From Acidimicrobiales bacterium (lineage in GTDB: Bacteria; Actinomycetota; Acidimicrobiia; Acidimicrobiales; VFJN01), in the NCBI GenBank assembly GCA_035641315.1, contig DASQUK010000048.1, positions 1,270 to 65,269 of the forward strand: DNA of 64,000 nt. Reading direction: 5' to 3'. Positions 8,464-17,010 of this stretch are shown here, piece after piece; within the stretch, counting starts at the first letter, position 1; every line of letters begins with the position of its first letter. The notes below the pieces were generated by a model that was not told the DNA's origin, did not search any database, and worked only from the letters and a program-made list of their open reading frames with translations. Both the position numbers and the translations under genes were made by a program.

Positions 8464-9184
8464 TCATGCTGCCGCCACCTTCAGCAGGAGCTCGGCGACG
8501 GCGTCCGGCTCGGTGATCATCAGGTCGTGGCCCGTGTCGATGTCCCAGAGCCGGCCGGCGGCGCGGGCCGCCTCCATCCGAGCCGGGTCCCGGGTTGCCA
8601 ACGTCGCCGTGCAGACGATCTGGCTCTGGGGGATAGCCCACAGCGCCTCCTCGTTCGTGAGCCGCAGGGGCTGCTCGAAGCACTTTCCAGGGATGCGGCG
8701 TCAGGCGCTCGGCCATCCGGGCGATATCGCCCGGGTCGGTCACGCCGTAGTGGGGCAGCGGCTCGGTTCCCGGGAACAGCACGAGCTCGACGCCGTCGGC
8801 CACGCGAGCCTGGCTGCGGGCGGCCTCCATCATCGGGCCGGCGATGTCGGCGAGCGACTGGCCGTTCACCGGCGTGGCGGCGTCCAGGTACACGAGATGG
8901 CCGACCCGGCCGGCGGCGCGATCGGCCACGCCGGTGATGACCATCCCGCCGTAGCTGTGCCCCACCAGGATCACGTCGCGCAGGTCCTCGTAGTGCAGCA
9001 CATTGACGACATCCGTGATGTGCGTGTCGAGGTCGATGTCGGGACGGAGCAGGTGGGAACGTTCGCCCAGCCCGGTGAGCGTCGGCGCATGCACGTAGTG
9101 CCCCGCGGACCGCAGGATCCGGGCGACGGACCGGTAGCACCAGCCACCGTGCCCCCCGCCGTGCACCAGAACATACGTCGCCAT
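8464..9184 (-). pseudogene. alpha/beta hydrolase (methylesterase-like), disrupted by a +1 frameshift
   Basis: The N-terminal frame (MATYVLVHGGGHGGW...LVGHSYGG...TPHPWK) loses homology after about nt 8685. The family-typical C-terminus CFEQPLRLTNEEALWAIPQSQIVCTAT...WDIDTGHDLMITEPDAVAELLLKVAAA* continues in the adjacent frame to the stop at 8464-8466. The span is 721 nt (3n+1). The break lies at a TTT/AAA run at 8685-8687. Confidence 0.8.
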
Positions 9185-9225
9185 GCGTGTCCCCCTCGTC
9201 GTGTCGAGCAGTCAAGCAGTGTCGG

Positions 9226-10872
9226 TCAGGTCCCGTCCCGGCGCAGGAGCATGACGCCGGAGGGCGTGCCGCCGCCGGACGTGACGACGGCCGTCCGGGC
9301 GCCGGTCACCTGGCGGTCGCCGGCCTCGTGCCGCAGCTGCGCCATCGCCTCGTAGATGAACCCGAAGCCGTGCGTCCGTCCTTCGGACAGCTGGCCGCCG
9401 TGCGGGTTGACGGGCAGCTCGCCGTCGAGGGCGATGCGCCGCCCGCCGTCGAGCCAGTCCTTCGCCTCGCCGAAGCTGCAGAACCCGAGGCCTTCGATCC
9501 ACGAGATGGCGTTGAAGGTGAAGCCGTCGTACACGAGCGCGATGTCGACGTCGCTCGGGCGCAGGTCGGTCCGCGTCCACAGGTGGGCGGACTGGCCGAT
9601 GACCTGCGGTTCGTGGGTGACGGTGCCCTGGTCCCACGAGATCCGCTCGTTGACCTGCGTGCCGACCGCCTCGACCCTCACGGCAGGCTTGGGGAGGCCG
9701 GCGGCGACCGACGCGTCGGACACGACGACCGCGATCGACGCGTCGCAGGGGACGTCGCAGTCGTAGAGGCCGAACGGGCTCGTGATCGGGCGGGCCGAGA
9801 GGTAGTCGTCCATCGTCATCGGGTCGCGGTAGATGGCTGCGGGGTTGCGCGCCGCGTTGGACCGGCCGTTGAGCGCGACCCAGCCGAGCATCTCCCGGGG
9901 GGCGCCGTAGCGGTGCAGGTACTGGTTGGCGTTCATGGCGATCCAGTTCGCCGCCGACATGGCGCCGAACGGCGCTCGCCACTCGTGCATGGGCCCGGAC
10001 ACCCGGCCGCCGCCCCCGCCGGCCGCGCCGCCCCCCGCACCCAGCCCGAGCGCCGCCCAGGTCGACTCCCACACCGTGCGGAAGCACAAGACGTGCCGGC
10101 ACAGCCCGCCCGCCACCGCGAGCATCGCCGCAACGACCGCGCCGCCCGGGCCGGGGAGATCGCCGCCGCCGTTGATCCACGTGGGCCGCAGCCGGAGCGC
10201 CTCCTCCACGGCGGTGACGCCGCCCTCGCTCATGCCCATGCCCACCGAACCCGGATAGGTGGACAGCCCGTCGATGTCGTCGAGGGTGAGGCCGGCGTCC
10301 GCGACCGCCGCCAGGCAGGCGTCGACGGTGAGCGACAGCGGGTCGACCATCAGCCGCCGCCCGATCGCCGATCGGCCGATGCCGGACAGCACGGCCCGGT
10401 GCTCGAACCGGTCGTCGCTGGCGGGCGGCCGGGGCACCGGGCGCTCCGGCTCGGCGACCCGGTCCGCCGAGTCGCTCTCCCCCGTGGGCTCGAACAGCGG
10501 CAGCCAGACGTCCTCGTGCCGCTCGAAGCGGACGCTGACGTCGAGCCCGACGTGGACCTTGTCCGGGTCGCAGCCGACGATGTTGGTCGTGAGGTGGACG
10601 GTCGGGTCCTCGGCGAGCGCGACGTTGGCGATCACGTACGGCGGCTCGAACCCCGCCAGCCACTGGTGGTAGTTGACCGTGAAGCCGACGACGGTGCCGC
10701 GGCCCGACACCACCATGGGCTCCCACGACCGGCTGCGGCAGGCCGGGCAGATCGGGACCGGGGGGTGGACGAGCGCCTTGCAGTCGGTGCAGCCCTGGAT
10801 CCGCAGGACGCCGTCCGCTCCCGATGACCAGAACCACTCGTTGAAGGGCGTGAGCTGGGGCAGCGGGCGCAC
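9226..10872 (-). CDS. fusion of DUF35 OB-fold/zinc-ribbon domain with SCP-x/Ltp-type thiolase-like domain
   Basis: 548-aa ORF with GTG start and SD GGAG. The N-terminal part carries CTDCKALVHPPVPICPACRS, the DUF35 zinc ribbon plus OB fold. The C-terminal ~390 aa are thiolase-like (LDDIDGLSTYPG..., NPHGGQLSEGRTHGFG). Confidence 0.85.
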   Translation of the reverse strand: MRPLPQLTPFNEWFWSSGADGVLRIQGCTDCKALVHPPVPICPACRSRSWEPMVVSGRGTVVGFTVNYHQWLAGFEPPYVIANVALAEDPTVHLTTNIVGCDPDKVHVGLDVSVRFERHEDVWLPLFEPTGESDSADRVAEPERPVPRPPASDDRFEHRAVLSGIGRSAIGRRLMVDPLSLTVDACLAAVADAGLTLDDIDGLSTYPGSVGMGMSEGGVTAVEEALRLRPTWINGGGDLPGPGGAVVAAMLAVAGGLCRHVLCFRTVWESTWAALGLGAGGGAAGGGGGRVSGPMHEWRAPFGAMSAANWIAMNANQYLHRYGAPREMLGWVALNGRSNAARNPAAIYRDPMTMDDYLSARPITSPFGLYDCDVPCDASIAVVVSDASVAAGLPKPAVRVEAVGTQVNERISWDQGTVTHEPQVIGQSAHLWTRTDLRPSDVDIALVYDGFTFNAISWIEGLGFCSFGEAKDWLDGGRRIALDGELPVNPHGGQLSEGRTHGFGFIYEAMAQLRHEAGDRQVTGARTAVVTSGGGTPSGVMLLRRDGT

Positions 10873-10896
10873 CGTCGGCTCCGGGATGTCGGCGGC

Positions 10897-12378
10897 TCAG
10901 GCCCTCGGCCAAGCCACCGACTTGGTCTCCAGGTACTGCTCGAACCCCGCGACGCCGTTCTGGCGGCCGACGCCGCTGTGCTTGTACCCGCCGAAGGGCA
11001 TGTCGGGCCCGACGGGCGCGCCGCCGTTGACGCTGACCATGCCGGCCCGGATGCGCCGGGCCACCGCGAGCGACCGCTCCAGCGAGCCCGAGTGGACGCC
11101 CCCGGCGAGCCCGTAGGCGCTGTCGTTGGCGATCCGCACGGCGTCGTCCTCGTCGTCGAACGGGATGACGACAAGGACCGGCCCGAAGATCTCCTCCTGG
11201 GCGATGGTCATCGAGTTGTCGACGTCGACGAACAGCGTCGGCTCCACGTACCACCCCGCGGGCAGGTGCGCCGGGCGGCCGCCGCCGAGCGCCAGCGTGG
11301 CGCCCTCGGCCACGCCCTTCTCGATGTAGCCGAGGACCCGGTCGCGCTGCTTCTCCGAGATCAGCGGGCCCATCATGACGTCGGGGCGCTGGGGGTCGCC
11401 GTACGGGACGCCCTGGAGGAGGCCCTTCAGCAGCTCGACACCCTCGTCGTAGCGCGACCGGGGCAGCAGCATGCGGGTCGGGATGGCGCACCCCTGGCCG
11501 GCGTGGAAGCAGACGGCGAGCCCGATCATCAGCGCGCCGTCGAAGTCGGCGTCCTCGAGCACGACCGTCGCCGACTTCCCGCCGAGCTCCAGGAAGACCC
11601 GCTTCATGGTGGCGGCCCCCTTCTCCATGATCCGCTTGCCCACGGCGGTGGACCCGGTGAACGAGATCATGTCGACCTGTGGCGACAGGGTGAGCTCCTC
11701 GCCCACCAAGTGGTCCGACGACGTCACGACGTTGACCACGCCGGCGGGGAAGTCGGTGCGCTCGGCGATCAGGCGCCCCAGCAAGGTCGCGTTCCACGGC
11801 GTGTCGGGCGCCGGCTTGAGGACGACCGTGTTGCCCGTGGCCAGGGCCTGCCCGAGCTTGTTGGCCGTCACCTCGAACGGGAAGTTCCACGGGACGATGG
11901 CGCCCACCACCCCGACCGGCTCCTTCCACACCTGGCGGGTGTTGGAGTTGCCCATCGGGTCGGGCGCGTCGGCAAGGTCGGTCTCCCAGGCGAACTCGTC
12001 GATGAGCTTGGTGGGGTAGCGCAGGGCACCCTCGAGCGGGCCGTCGAGCTGGGGGCCCTGCGTGATCATCCGGGGGCAGCCGACCTCGAGGATCAGCTGC
12101 TCGCGCAGCTCCCCGCGCTCGGCTTCGAGGGCCTCCTGCAACTGCTGCAGGCAGCGCCGCCGGAGGGCGCGGTTGGCGGACCAGTCGGTCTCGTCGAACG
12201 CTCGGCGCGCCGCGCCGATGGCACGCTGCATCTCGGCGGCCGACGCGTCGGCGACGTGGCCGAGGACCCCCTCGGTCGCCGGGTTGACGTTGGCGAAGGT
12301 CGCGCCCGAGTCGGCGTCGACGAGCGCGCCGTCGATCAGCATCCGCGTCTCGGGCTTCACGGTGGGCGTGGCGGCCAC
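10897..12378 (-). CDS. NAD(P)-dependent aldehyde dehydrogenase
   Basis: Last 493 aa of ORF 10897..14694, with VVGAIVPWNFPF, FTGSTAVGKRI, ELGGKSA, GQGCAIPTR, EEIFGPVL. Start GTG 12378 lies after GGGAGGGG. ATG 12342 (MLIDG) is an alternative. Confidence 0.92.
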   Translation of the reverse strand: MAATPTVKPETRMLIDGALVDADSGATFANVNPATEGVLGHVADASAAEMQRAIGAARRAFDETDWSANRALRRRCLQQLQEALEAERGELREQLILEVGCPRMITQGPQLDGPLEGALRYPTKLIDEFAWETDLADAPDPMGNSNTRQVWKEPVGVVGAIVPWNFPFEVTANKLGQALATGNTVVLKPAPDTPWNATLLGRLIAERTDFPAGVVNVVTSSDHLVGEELTLSPQVDMISFTGSTAVGKRIMEKGAATMKRVFLELGGKSATVVLEDADFDGALMIGLAVCFHAGQGCAIPTRMLLPRSRYDEGVELLKGLLQGVPYGDPQRPDVMMGPLISEKQRDRVLGYIEKGVAEGATLALGGGRPAHLPAGWYVEPTLFVDVDNSMTIAQEEIFGPVLVVIPFDDEDDAVRIANDSAYGLAGGVHSGSLERSLAVARRIRAGMVSVNGGAPVGPDMPFGGYKHSGVGRQNGVAGFEQYLETKSVAWPRA

Positions 12379-12401
12379 TGCCCCTCCCTCTGTGTCGTCA
12401 G

Positions 12402-13232
12402 TCAGAACTTGGTGTTGGCCAGGAAGTCGACGGCCGGCGTGGCCGCCGGGAACGACCCGGTGATCCCGGAGCTGAAGTAGCCCGCGTCGGTGACCAGGGT
12501 GATGCCCGTGACGGCCCGGGCGGCGTCGCTGCAGAGGAAGGCGAGCGGGTACGCCTGCTCGAGCGGCGTGGACGGCTCGATGCCGGCCTCGGAGCGGTAG
12601 TCGGCGCCAAACCCGAGCCACGTCTCCTCGTTGGCGCGGGCGAGCGGCGTGTCGGTGGGGCCGGGGAGGATGGCGTTGATGCGGACGCCCCGCTTCAGCA
12701 GGCCGAAGGCCTCGCGGGCGACGTAGGCGCTGAGCGAAAGCTTGCTCCACAGGTAGTCGGCCTTGCCGTGCTCCTCGGCCCAGCGCGTCGCCTCGTCGAA
12801 GTCGGTGATGTCGAGGTACTCCTGCAGGAGCTCGAGGTTCGCCTGCCACCCGAAGCCGGCCGCCGAGGAGATCATGCCGATGGCGGAGCCCCGGGGGAGC
12901 ATGTCGCCGGCGATCAGACGGTCGATCAGGTGGCGGTGCCCGATGAAGTTGATCCGCTCGATCCCCGGCGTGCCGTCGGCCACGCCCGCGCACGAGAACA
13001 GCGCGTGGACCGGGCCGCCGCACTCGTCCACGGCGGCGTCGATCGACGCCCTGTCGGCGAGGTTGAGGTGGATGGCCTTGACGCCCGGCAGCGTGACCTC
13101 GGCGTAGTCCATCACGACGACCTCGGCCCCGGCGTCCTGCACCAGCTCGGCGACGGCGGCTCCCATGCCGGTGGCGCCGCCGACGACCAGCGCCCGCTTG
13201 CCCTCGTACCTGAACGCATCGAACAGCGTCAT
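12402..13232 (-). CDS. SDR family oxidoreductase
   Basis: 276-aa ORF with ALVVGGATGMGAA glycine motif and the SDR pattern YLWSKLSL. Tightly spaced within the minus-strand operon. Confidence 0.85.
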   Translation of the reverse strand: MTLFDAFRYEGKRALVVGGATGMGAAVAELVQDAGAEVVVMDYAEVTLPGVKAIHLNLADRASIDAAVDECGGPVHALFSCAGVADGTPGIERINFIGHRHLIDRLIAGDMLPRGSAIGMISSAAGFGWQANLELLQEYLDITDFDEATRWAEEHGKADYLWSKLSLSAYVAREAFGLLKRGVRINAILPGPTDTPLARANEETWLGFGADYRSEAGIEPSTPLEQAYPLAFLCSDAARAVTGITLVTDAGYFSSGITGSFPAATPAVDFLANTKF

Positions 13233-13274
13233 GTGCTCGCTCCCCTGGTGGTAGTCGGTGATAGTGGTCGGTGG

Positions 13275-14492
13275 TCAGGCCACGATGCCGCGGACCTTCA
13301 GGTCCACGATCGTGTCCCAGTCGAGTCCGAGGTTCTCGAGGATGGCATCGCCGTGCTCGTTGAACTCGGGCCCCCGGCGTGGCTTGGCCGGCTCGCCGCC
13401 GAACTGGACCGGTGCGGCGGCCAGCTGGAACGGCGTGCCGTCGGCGGTCTCGCAGTCCTGCACGTAGCCGTTGGCGACCGTCTGTGGATCGTCGGCCGCT
13501 TCGAGCGTGTCCTGCACCATGGTCCACTGGCCGGAGAAGCCGGCGAACGCGGCGCGCCACTCCTCCGCGGTGCGCTCGGCGAACGTGGCGCGCAGCAGGT
13601 CGGTGGCGGCGCCGACGTTCTCCTTGATGGAGCTGGCGTCGGCGAAGCGCTCGTCGTCGGCGAGCTCGGGCCGCCCGATCACCTGGCAGACCTCGGGCCA
13701 GTACCTCCCCGGCTGGAGGCAGCACAGGTTCAGGAACTTGCCGTCCTTGGTGGCGTAGATGGCGCTGAGCGGGTTCCCCATGGGGGTGTTCGGCGGGGGC
13801 GGCGTGAACGCCACCCCGTGCTGGAGCGCCAGCGAGATCGACTGGCCCATGGACCACATGCCGACGCCGAGGAGCGACACGTCCACGGTGGTCGCCTCCC
13901 CGGTGCGCTGGCGGTGGAAGAGCGCACCCATGATCCCGCCGGCGATGGTCATGGCGCCGATCGAGTCGCCAAACCCCGGCCCGGGTGGCCCGGGCACGTA
14001 GTCGTAGTCGGGCTGCTTCAGCGCCATCGCGATGCCGGAGCGGGCCCAGTACGAGAGGGCGTCGTAGGAGCCCCGGTCGGCATCGGGACCGCGCTCGCCC
14101 TGGCCGGTGCCGGTCACGTAGATGATCTGCGGGTTGAGGGCCCGGATGTCGTCGACGTCGATCTTCAGCTTGGCGCGGACGCTCGGCAGCTTGTTGGTCA
14201 GGAAGACGTCGCAGGTGCCGGCGAGCTTGTAGAGGACATCGAGGCCCTCGTCCGACTTGAGGTCGAGCCCCAGGCTCTGCTTGCCGCGGTTCGAGTGCTC
14301 GAGCAGGACGTGGACCGTCGTCCCCATGACCGCGAGCCCGCTGGACACCAGGCCGCGCATAGCGTCGCCCCGCTCGACGTGCTCGACCTTGACGACCTCG
14401 GCGCCCCAGTCGGCGAGCAGCGCCGATGCCGCCGGCACGAACGTGTGCTCGGCGACCTCCAGGATGCGAACGCCTTGCATGACTGCGGTCAT
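13275..14492 (-). CDS. family III CoA-transferase (CaiB/BaiF)
   Basis: 405-aa ORF with N-terminal VRILEVAEHTFVPAASALLADWGAEVVKVE and family-typical full length. Confidence 0.9.
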   Translation of the reverse strand: MTAVMQGVRILEVAEHTFVPAASALLADWGAEVVKVEHVERGDAMRGLVSSGLAVMGTTVHVLLEHSNRGKQSLGLDLKSDEGLDVLYKLAGTCDVFLTNKLPSVRAKLKIDVDDIRALNPQIIYVTGTGQGERGPDADRGSYDALSYWARSGIAMALKQPDYDYVPGPPGPGFGDSIGAMTIAGGIMGALFHRQRTGEATTVDVSLLGVGMWSMGQSISLALQHGVAFTPPPPNTPMGNPLSAIYATKDGKFLNLCCLQPGRYWPEVCQVIGRPELADDERFADASSIKENVGAATDLLRATFAERTAEEWRAAFAGFSGQWTMVQDTLEAADDPQTVANGYVQDCETADGTPFQLAAAPVQFGGEPAKPRRGPEFNEHGDAILENLGLDWDTIVDLKVRGIVA

Positions 14493-14708
14493 GGCCCCTC
14501 CGACGGTCGGCAGTCAGGCCCGACCTACATGTTAGGTACCAATGCGAAATCGAAGCGAGCCCGGCTCGCGAGACGAACGGCAGAGTGCGGCGAACAGCCG
14601 GTAATCGTGGCCATGGCCGAATCGAACCCCGGGTCACGACGTCACGAGAACTTGACCCAAATGTTATACAAGCCGTACGCTCGGACGCTCGCAACAGAGG
14701 GGAAGCAG

Positions 14709-15479
14709 ATGGATCTGGACGGACGTTCCGCGCTCGTCACCGGCGGCGCGGGTGGGCTCGGCGGCGCCACGGTTCGCCGGCTCGCCGCCCTGGGCCTGGG
14801 CGTCGCCATCTTCGACCGCGACGCCGACCGGGCCGCCGCGCTCGCCAAGGAGCTCGGTGATCGGACGGTCGCCGTCGGCGGCGACGTGAACGACGACGAC
14901 GACGTCGCCGCGGCGATCGAGGCCGCGCGCTCGGTCGGTGCGTTCTCGCTCGTCGTGAACGTCGCCGGGGGAGGGGTCGGTGGGGGAAGGACCGTCGGCC
15001 GCGACGGCACGCCCCACGACAAGCAGGCCTTCGTCGGCACGATGGAGATGAACGCGTTCGGCACCTTCAACGTGACGCGCCTCGCGGCGGCGGCCATGGC
15101 GGCCAACGAGCCGGACCAGGACGGCGGGCGGGGGGTCGTCGTCAACACGGCGTCCATCGCCGGGATCGAGGGCCAGACCGGCCAGCTCGCGTACGCGGCC
15201 GCGAAGGCCGCGATCCTCGGCATGACGCTCCCGCTGGCCCGCGACCTCGCCGCGCTCGGTATCCGCGTCTGCGCGATCGCGCCCGGCACGATGGGCACGC
15301 CGGCCATGCTGGGCACGCCCGAGGAGCTGCAGCAGCACCTCGTTGCCAGCATCGTCTTTCCCAGGCGCATGGGGCGGCCCGAGGAGTTCGCCCTCCTCGT
15401 GGAGTCGATCGCCCGGAACCCGTACCTCAACGGCGAGAACATCCGGCTGGACGGCGCGCTGCGGTTCCCGCCGAAGTAG
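14709..15479 (+). CDS. SDR family oxidoreductase, 3-hydroxyacyl-CoA dehydrogenase type II-like
   Basis: Last 256 aa of ORF 12768..15479: ALVTGGAGGLGGA, NTASIAGIEGQTGQLAYAAAKAA, and the RLDGALRFPPK tail typical of the HSD10/FadB2-like group. SD GAGGGGAAG precedes ATG 14709. Confidence 0.85.
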   Translation: MDLDGRSALVTGGAGGLGGATVRRLAALGLGVAIFDRDADRAAALAKELGDRTVAVGGDVNDDDDVAAAIEAARSVGAFSLVVNVAGGGVGGGRTVGRDGTPHDKQAFVGTMEMNAFGTFNVTRLAAAAMAANEPDQDGGRGVVVNTASIAGIEGQTGQLAYAAAKAAILGMTLPLARDLAALGIRVCAIAPGTMGTPAMLGTPEELQQHLVASIVFPRRMGRPEEFALLVESIARNPYLNGENIRLDGALRFPPK

Positions 15480-15542
15480 ACAGGCACCTGACCGGTGAGG
15501 ATGCCATTTCTATTACATGCAACGGCGTTCTCCTGAGACGAG

Positions 15543-15548
15543 TATAGT
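15543..15548 (+). promoter_or_regulatory. candidate -10 hexamer TATAGT for the ABC importer operon
   Basis: An AT-richer island lies in the 145-nt intergenic region. TATAGT sits 77 nt upstream of ATG 15625, whose SD is AAGGAGGGGA. No clear -35. Confidence 0.3.
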
Positions 15549-15624
15549 GTTGACACACTGAGGCGGAGCGCCGTCGACAGCGTCGGGTGCCGCCACGGGG
15601 GGACCCAACCAAGGAGGGGACCAA

Positions 15625-16932
15625 ATGGGCAATCGGGGGGGAGCGTCTAGGCGTCGCGCCGGGCTGCGTTGGCGAATGCTGGCCGTCGCGGCCGTGGGCG
15701 GGTTGCTGCTCGCGGCGTGCGGTGGCGACGACGACGATGATGCGGGCGGCGAGGAGTCGACCGACACGTCAGAGGAGACATCGGACGCGTCGGAGCTGCT
15801 GGGCCCGGAGGACGAGGCGTCGGGTGAGCCGGTGCGCATCGGGATGGTCTCCGATGGCCAGCTGGGGTTCACCGACAACACCGACGAGCTGCGCATAGCC
15901 GAGGCCACGGCCGAGTACTGGAACACCCATCGGGGCGGCGTCGGTGGCCGGCCGGTCGAGGTGGTGCCGTGCGAGACCCGCGGCGATCCGGGCGGTGCGG
16001 CCGACTGCGCGAACCAGTTCGTCGAGGAAGACGTCGTCGCCGTGGCCGTGAGCCAGTCGGCGGTCGGGGAGTCGGTCTGGGAGCCGTTGCACGCCGCGGG
16101 CGTTCCGAGCTTCTGGTTCCAGACCAGCACCCAGGGGGTCACGACCGACACGGAGTCGAGCTTCGCCATGATCAACCCGCTCACCGGGCTGTTCGGCCTG
16201 CCCGTCTCGGTGGCAGAGAGCGAGGCGGCCGACCGCATCGCCTTCGTGGTCATCGACGTCCCCCAGGCGCGCGCCGGCCTCGAGGGCCTCGGTCCGACCA
16301 TCCTGGGCAATGCCGGGCTCGAATACGACGTCATCCCGATCGCGCCGGGGACGGCCGACATGACGGCGCAGATGCAGCAGGTCGCGGCGAGTGGTGCGGG
16401 CGTGGTGCAGATCACCGGCAACGACGCGTTCTGCATCGCCGCGTTCCAGGGACTCCAGGCTGTCGGCTACGAGGGCGCGATCACCGCCGTCTCGCAGTGC
16501 ATCACCGATGCCACCCGGGAGGCGGTCCCCGGTGAGGTCCTCGACGGGACGTTCATCTCGTCCACCATGGCCCTGGGGGCAGAGGACGACCCCGCCTACC
16601 AGCTCTACCAGGCCGTGGTAGAGACCTACGGCCAGGACGTCGAGGACCCCACGAACGCCACGGCGATGGGCGGTTACACCGCGATGGCGTCGCTGTTGAG
16701 CTCGCTCGAGGGGATCTCGGGCGAGATCACGCCACAGACGGTCGTTGAGACCATCAAGGCGATGCCCGAAACGGACTACCCCGGCGCGGACGACATGACG
16801 TTCCAGTGCGGCGGGTCCGCCATCGAGATGCTCCCTGCCGTCTGCACCAACCAAACGCTGCGGACCACCCTGGATGCCGAGGGTCAGCCGACCGAGTACG
16901 AGGTCGTCGACGCGACGGACATCCTGCCCTAG
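15625..16932 (+). CDS. ABC transporter substrate-binding lipoprotein (LivJ/Peripla_BP_6-like)
   Basis: 435-aa ORF. Lipobox LLLAAC is followed by an acidic linker (GGDDDDDAGGEEST). Body is type-I periplasmic binding protein-like. Strong SD. Confidence 0.85.
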   Translation: MGNRGGASRRRAGLRWRMLAVAAVGGLLLAACGGDDDDDAGGEESTDTSEETSDASELLGPEDEASGEPVRIGMVSDGQLGFTDNTDELRIAEATAEYWNTHRGGVGGRPVEVVPCETRGDPGGAADCANQFVEEDVVAVAVSQSAVGESVWEPLHAAGVPSFWFQTSTQGVTTDTESSFAMINPLTGLFGLPVSVAESEAADRIAFVVIDVPQARAGLEGLGPTILGNAGLEYDVIPIAPGTADMTAQMQQVAASGAGVVQITGNDAFCIAAFQGLQAVGYEGAITAVSQCITDATREAVPGEVLDGTFISSTMALGAEDDPAYQLYQAVVETYGQDVEDPTNATAMGGYTAMASLLSSLEGISGEITPQTVVETIKAMPETDYPGADDMTFQCGGSAIEMLPAVCTNQTLRTTLDAEGQPTEYEVVDATDILP

Positions 16933-17010
16933 CTTCCGTCCGGGCCGGCTCGCTCCCGCGGGCCGGCCCGGGCCCGCAACCCGCCATCCGGAGGCCCGGA
17001 GACCCACACC

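Noticed and set aside
10897-14694. Single 1265-aa minus-strand ORF spanning four genes.
   Set aside because: Only the last 493 aa (aldehyde dehydrogenase) are coherent. The upstream part runs out of frame through the SDR and CoA-transferase genes, which have their own clean ORFs (12402..13232 and 13275..14492).
14493-14708. Recurrent TGTTAG / ATGTTA strings in several intergenic regions (14528, 14661, 23812, 25190, 41985, 62800).
   Set aside because: It is a short motif in the only AT-containing parts of a GC-rich sequence, with inconsistent spacing relative to start codons. It probably reflects generic -10-like composition rather than a specific site.
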